NCBI RefSeq assembly: GCF_001194135.2
Contig: NC_068982.1
Span: 9,915,257-9,954,489, forward strand
DNA from: Octopus bimaculoides
Lineage: Eukaryota
Length of the DNA: 39,233 bases
Reading direction: 5' to 3'
Below the pieces are notes generated by a model that worked only from the letters and a program-made list of their open reading frames with translations, was not told the DNA's origin and did no database searches. The translations under genes were made by a program, and so were the position numbers. This document shows, piece by piece, positions 33,746 through 39,233 of the stretch. Within the stretch, counting starts at the first letter, position 1; each line of letters starts with the position of its first letter.

Positions 33746-34614
33746 GATATATATATATATATATATATATATANNNNNNNNNNGAAGACAAGTGTATGAA
33801 CAACAAGCAAGTGTATTAGTTTGACACTTGGGAAAATGGAAGTCTTTTATGTTTCGAGCCTGTACTCTTCAACAGAAAGGAATAAGAGAAAATAAACAGA
33901 GAGAGAATGAAAGAAGTTTGATTTCAGTAGTCCACCATGGCGAATGATTGGAAAAATACACACACATTGTTGAAACATGCTCAATATAATGATTTACAAT
34001 AAAAAATAGGTAACAGTATTTCCTATATTCAAATATTATGCTATGTGAATCATTCTATATTGTAATTAATATTAAGTCCTGTATTTATATTAATAATTGT
34101 GTTGTATGTATCAAAGTATATACAATGCTTGTGTTTTATAATCTCTTACATATTGTTACAAAGATTTACGTTCTGAGCAGCTGTTAATCAAATACTATAG
34201 AAGACATGCGTATATGTATTCAAACTTTTGCAGAAAACTGTGGCATAAGACACACGCACGAATTTATTTTTCTTTTCCTAATGCCAAAAACTATGTGTGA
34301 AATTAAGAAAATATATGAAAACATGGTCAGAGAAACAGAAGATGAAAAATCAAACAATGAAAGAAAAACCATTGCTAAGAGAGTTAAACATGGAAATAAA
34401 GATAGATATAAGACAATGGAAAGAACAAAAGTACGAAATAGTTAATACCTTACACAACAATGTACATCCTATCTAATAGAAAGAAATATCAGGCAGTGAT
34501 TGAAGAAAATAAATATAATCTGTTAAGTGCAAAGACGTGTCAGATGAATAACTATGCAAAACTCAAGATCCACACAAAAGCTTCAGGAAATGTTCCTTCT
34601 AAGTATATAGATAT

Positions 34615-34627
34615 GTGTGTGTGTGCG

Positions 34628-34668
<41 letters not shown>

Positions 34669-34759
34669 GCGTTTGTCGGTATTTGCATGAATCAGAGTCT
34701 ATGTGCGTACATGTTTACATGTATTTATATTTATCTGTGTGTATGTGTGTGCATGTAGG

Positions 34760-34796
<37 letters not shown>

Positions 34797-34840
34797 GGAG
34801 AGAGAGAGAGGGAGAGAGAGAGAGGGAGAGAGAGAGACTG
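34615..34840. repeat. Compound (TG)n/(TA)n/(GA)n microsatellite region; other (TG)n/(GA)n tracts at 24854-24899, 25444-25506 and 25697-25802
   Basis: Direct reading. Confidence 0.9.
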
Positions 34841-34984
34841 ATCAGTATAGACAGATATAAATATAGGTATATTTATGTGTGTGTGCATGTATGTGTGCGC
34901 ACAAACACGAAATTTTGTTTATGAACATCTGTGGCTATATTTGTGTGTGTGTCTCTCTCTCTCTATCGCACTGAATATGTATCA

Positions 34985-35270
34985 ACATCATCATCATCAT
35001 CGTCATCATCTTTTAACGTCCACCTTCCATCCTGCCATGGGTTATATAAGGTATTTATATTCTTTAATTCTTTTATTTGCATCAGTCGTTTGACTGTGGC
35101 CATGCTGGAGCACTGCCTTTAGTCGCGCAAACATCGACCCCAGGACTTATTCTTTGTAAGCCTACTATTTATTCTATCGGTCTCTTTTGCTGAGCTGCTA
35201 GATTACAGGGATGTCAACACACCACCACTGATTGTTTAGTGATCGGGGGAGGGTCGGCCAAACGCAGACA
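34985..35270 (-). mobile_element. RTE-tailed repeat end (34985-35045) plus composite-SINE tail (35070-35270)
   Basis: CATCATCATC..TTTAACGTCCACCTTCCAT; CAGTCGTTTGACTGTGGCCATGCTGGAGCACTGCC..TTCTTTGTAAGCC. Confidence 0.8.
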
Positions 35271-35283
35271 TACAAACATATAC

Positions 35284-35316
<33 letters not shown>

Positions 35317-36387
35317 AAGCAAATAAGTAACAAGGATGTCAAAGTATTAGTGCACTACAGCCGTTTCAAGAGGCTCCATTTAATTGATCATTGCAAGCAT
35401 TACATCAATTTGAAATGCTCCACCTTCCGTGGATGCATAAGACCATATAGGTTTTAAGCATACAGGATGCTCCATTATAATTTTTTAGCAAGTTTTTCAT
35501 CAGAACAAGAGAATAAAATAATTACATGCCTGTTGCTATTATTGAAGCAGAATGAACTTTGGGAGAAAATACCCTAACTATAATTTCGAGAGGCAGAAAA
35601 GACTATCAATAAGGGTCATGATATGGTAATATAGCTACATTTACCTATCTCTTTATCACCAGCAAAATATATATATATATATATANNNNNNNNNNNNNNN
35701 NNNNNNNNNNNNNNNNNNNNNNNNNNNNNNNNNNNNNNNNNNNNNNNNNNNNNNNNNNNNNNNNNNNNNNNNNNNNNNNNNNNNNNNNNNNNNNNNNNNN
35801 NNNNNNNNNNNNNNNNNNNNNNNNNNNNNNNNNNNNNNNNNNNNNNNNNNNNNNNNNNNNNNNNNNNNNNNNNNNNNNNNNNNNNNNNNNNNNNNNNNNN
35901 NNNNNNNNNNNNNNNNNNNNNNNNNNNNNNNNNNNNNNNNNNNNNNNNNNNNNNNNNNNNNNNNNNNNNNNNNNNNNNNNNNNNNNNNNNNNNNNNNNNN
36001 NNNNNNNNNNNNNNNNNNNNNNNNNNNNNNNNNNNNNNNNNNNNNNNNNNNNNNNNNNNNNNNNNNNNNNNNNNNNTCACTGTTAAGAGTATAAAGTTAC
36101 TCTACTCCGATCATCAGCACAATATTCGATAAATTTGAAAGTGTCTATATACTCATGGGAATTTGACCTTGCGACATCAAAAACACATGAGGAAGGCATT
36201 TACAAAATTTATCGGCTAGTAAGTTCAAACACTTCACCCCAAGAATCTATTCCATGTGTGTGCCATAAATATCGCCATCCGTTAGAGAAAAAATTTGTAG
36301 TTTGGAATCAGTAGTTCTTTGACTGCTATTTCTAAATTTTCTGTATGTTGGTGAAGCAACTCATGCTAATCCCTGTATATTTATGAT

Positions 36388-36418
<31 letters not shown>

Positions 36419-36454
36419 ATATATATAAACATATAGATAGATAGATAGATATAT

Positions 36455-36775
36455 GATGGGCTTCTTTCAGTTTCCGTTTACCTAATCCACTCAGAAGGCT
36501 TTGGTCAGCCGAAAGGCCATAGTAGAAGACACTTACCCAAGGTGCCACACAGTGGGACTGAACCTGGAATCATGTGGTTGAAAACCAACCTTCTCACCAC
36601 AAAGCCATGCCTATGTATATACATATCACATATATACTACTCATCTTTATAATCATTTTACAGCCATCAACCTGTGCTGCCATGGGTTATAAGAAACTGT
36701 GTAACAAGTCAACATACAGACAATGCTATGATTACCTAAAATGCATATCATCATCATCATTTAACATCCATTTTA
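36455..36775 (-). mobile_element. SINE head (36455-36615) and short RTE-tailed remnant (36655-36775)
   Basis: GGGCTTCTTTCAGTTTCCGT..AGTAGAAGACACTTACCCAAGGTGCCACACAGTGGGACTGAACC, reverse complement of the head family. Confidence 0.75.
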
Positions 36776-36823
36776 CCCACACGCATTATGTACCAACACA
36801 CACATATACGGTATATATATATA

Positions 36824-36860
<37 letters not shown>

Positions 36861-37022
36861 NNNNNNNNNNATATATATATATATACCAAGACACACACAT
36901 ACATGTGTATACATTTATATATGTGTGTAGACATAAAAAGAATAAGATAGTAATACATATGCAGAAACATAAATGTATGTTCTTGGTGAAAATTCACAAA
37001 TATTCTGATGAAAATACAAACC

Positions 37023-37124
37023 ATAAAGAAGTACATTATATAAAGAAGTACAAGATATAAAGAAGTACAAGATATAAAGAAGTACAAGATATAAAGAAGT
37101 ACAAGATATAAAGAAGTACTAGAC
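37023..37124. repeat. 17-bp minisatellite ATAAAGAAGTACAAGAT x6
   Basis: Units at 37023, 37040, 37057, 37074, 37091 and 37108; the middle four are identical. Confidence 0.95.
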
Positions 37125-37419
37125 AGAAATGCTTGTGTGTGCTGTCTCTCAATATGTGGATATGTGTGTGCATGTTCACATGTTGACAGAATCATATGAG
37201 TTTGTTTTTACACGTTAGAGAGCAAATATATTCACACATAGACAAATACATGAACAAATATATTCGCATACATCGAGATTGTTTTCTTTTCTTTCTTGCT
37301 CCTTCGTTACTAATCCTTTCAATGGAAAGTGAAAGTAGGTCTCTTGTCCTAATTACACATTTGCATGCACACACACACGCACACACACACACACATACAC
37401 ACACATGAACATACATGTA

Positions 37420-37810
37420 TTCTCTTATTCTCTTACCTGCTTCAGTCAATTGACTGTGGCCATGCTGGAGCATCGCCTTTAGTCACACAAATTGACCTCG
37501 GGACTTGTTCTTTGTAAGCCTAGCACTTATTGTATCAGGGCCTTTTGCTGAACCGCTAAGTTACGGGGACGTAAACTCACCAAAATCAGGTGTCAAGCAA
37601 TGGTGGGGTGAAAAATACAGATACACAAATATATATATATATACAATGGGGTTTTTTTTCAGTTTTCATTGACCAAATTCACTCACAAAAGGTTTTGGTT
37701 GGCCCGAGGCTATAGTAGGACACACTTACCCAAGGTGACATGCAGTGGGACTGAACCCAGAACCATGAGGTTGGGAAGCAAGCTTCTTACCACACAGCTA
37801 TGCCTGCACC
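37420..37810 (-). mobile_element. Full-length composite SINE (head, (TA)n, tail)
   Basis: Reverse complement of the 33270-33745 architecture. Confidence 0.85.
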
Positions 37811-38745
37811 TATATATATATATATANNNNNNNNNNNNNNNNNNNNNNNNNNNNNNNNNNNNNNNNNNNNNNNNNNNNNNNNNNNNNNNNNNNNNNNNNN
37901 NNNNNNNNNNNNNNNNNNNNNNNNNNNNNNNNNNNNNNNNNNNNNNNNNNNNNNNNNNNNNNNNNNNNNNNNNNNNNNNNNNNNNNNNNNNNNNNNNNNN
38001 NNNNNNNNNNNNNNNNNNNNNNNNNNNNNNNNNNNNNNNNNNNNNNNNNNNNNNNNNNNNNNNNNNNNNNNNNNNNNNNNNNNNNNNNNNNNNNNNNNNN
38101 NNNNNNNNNNNNNNNNNNNNNNNNNNNNNNNNNNNNNNNNNNNNNNNNNNNNNNNNNNNNNNNNNNNNNNNNNNNNNNNNNNNNNNNNNNNNNNNNNNNN
38201 NNNNNNNNNNNNNNNNNNNNNNNNNNNNNNNNNNNNNNNNNNNNNNNNNNNNNNNNNNNNNNNNNNNNNNNNNNNNNNNNNNNNNNNNNNNNNNNNNNNN
38301 NNNNNNNNNNNNNNNNNNNNNNNNNNNNNNNNNNNNNNNNNNNNNNNNNNNNNNNNNNNNNNNNNNNNNNNNNNNNNNNNNNNNNNNNNNNNNNNNNNNN
38401 NNNNNNNNNNNNNNNNNNNNNNNNNNNNNNNNNNNNNNNNNNNNNNNNNNNNNNNNNNNNNNNNNNNNNNNNNNNNNNNNNNNNNNNNNNNNNNNNNNNN
38501 NNNNNNNNNNNNNNNNNNNNNNNNNNNNNNNNNNNNNNNNNNNNNNNNNNNNNNNNNNNNNNNNNNNNNNNNNNNNNNNNNNNNNNNNNNNNNNNNNNNN
38601 NNNNNNNNNNNNNNNNNNNNNNNNNNNNNNNNNNNNNNNNNNNNNNNNNNNNNNNNNNNNNNNNNNNNNNNNNNNNNNNNNNNNNNNNNNNNNNNNNNNN
38701 NNNNNNNNNNNNNNNNNNNNNNNNNNNNNNNNNNNNNNNNNNNNN

Positions 38746-38776
<31 letters not shown>

Positions 38777-39176
38777 CATACATATATATCTTAAATAAAT
38801 ATAAATACAACAGCATCATCATCCTTATCATTTTAAATTTCCTTTCTTCTCGCTCCAGTGTCTCAGTTGTGACATGGTGCCAACAGCAAGATGCCCTTCC
38901 TAATATCAACCACTTTACCTCGTGAGGTGAGTGCTTTTGTATAGCACCAGCATTAATGAGGTTGCTTTGTAACAGTCAAGCCCAAAGAGCTTACTTGAAT
39001 TGAAGGGAGAAGGGAGCCTACTTAAATTGAAGGAAACACAACGGTCACTTTATGTAAAATGTTGAGTGGTTTAAGTATGAAGGAGGAGACTCATGGGTAC
39101 TTCCTATTTTACATAGGCGGATAAGGATAGATGGAGTGGAGTTCATATGAGAGGTAAATATGATTGTGATGAGGTA

Positions 39177-39178
<2 letters not shown>

Positions 39179-39233
<55 letters not shown>
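39179..39233. repeat. (TA)n microsatellite at window end
   Basis: Direct reading. Confidence 0.95.

Larger units (their letters stand above)
8535..38747. other. Nine assembly gaps: 8535-8617, 9605-9614, 10881-10890, 23235-23631, 29647-30360, 33774-33783, 35686-36077, 36861-36870, ~37827-38747
   Basis: Runs of N, mostly abutting microsatellites or repeats. Exons could be hidden in them. Confidence 0.95.

Noticed and set aside
34260-34277. 18-nt microexon candidate (cattAG|GAAAAGAAAAATAAATTC|GTGCGT)
   Set aside because: Modest splice sites, and it has TAA in the phase needed to join the chain. Not supportable, although a YCAY tract lies upstream.
37023-37124. CRISPR-like array
   Set aside because: Contiguous 17-bp units with no spacers in eukaryotic DNA; an ordinary minisatellite.
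23175-38925. Long ORFs containing X runs
   Set aside because: Artefacts of N gaps. Only the YADD fragment at 29546-29646 is meaningful.

Overview
AT-rich, gap-containing animal genomic DNA. The repeat families and the complexin N-terminus point to a coleoid cephalopod, most likely Octopus (inference). The only securely identified coding sequence is the first coding exon of complexin/synaphin on the minus strand (CDS 5192->5138, MAAFIAKQMVGDQLKSVK/G). It has a canonical acceptor at 5291-5292 and a donor at 5136-5137. No further complexin coding exon was recognised, so the rest of the CDS probably lies left of position 1. The ~34 kb to the right is upstream on the sense strand and is probably intron-rich leader and/or the end of a neighbouring gene. 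It is packed with tRNA-derived SINEs, RTE-tailed repeats, piggyBac/hAT/Tc1-type MITEs, an RTE reverse-transcriptase fragment, an R4/Dong-like endonuclease fragment sitting in (TAA)n, Penelope-like hammerhead-bearing repeats and microsatellites. Almost all ORFs in the supplied track are microsatellite or gap artefacts. Three things are most worth following up, all unproven. (1) A series of minus-strand AG-[8-43 nt]-GT microexon candidates, flanked by strand-biased YCAY/pyrimidine tracts, that chain into one stop-free frame ending in the complexin 5'UTR. (2) A tRNA-headed SINE with a minimal hammerhead ribozyme tail. (3) Long intronic hairpins that would be ADAR or small-RNA substrates.
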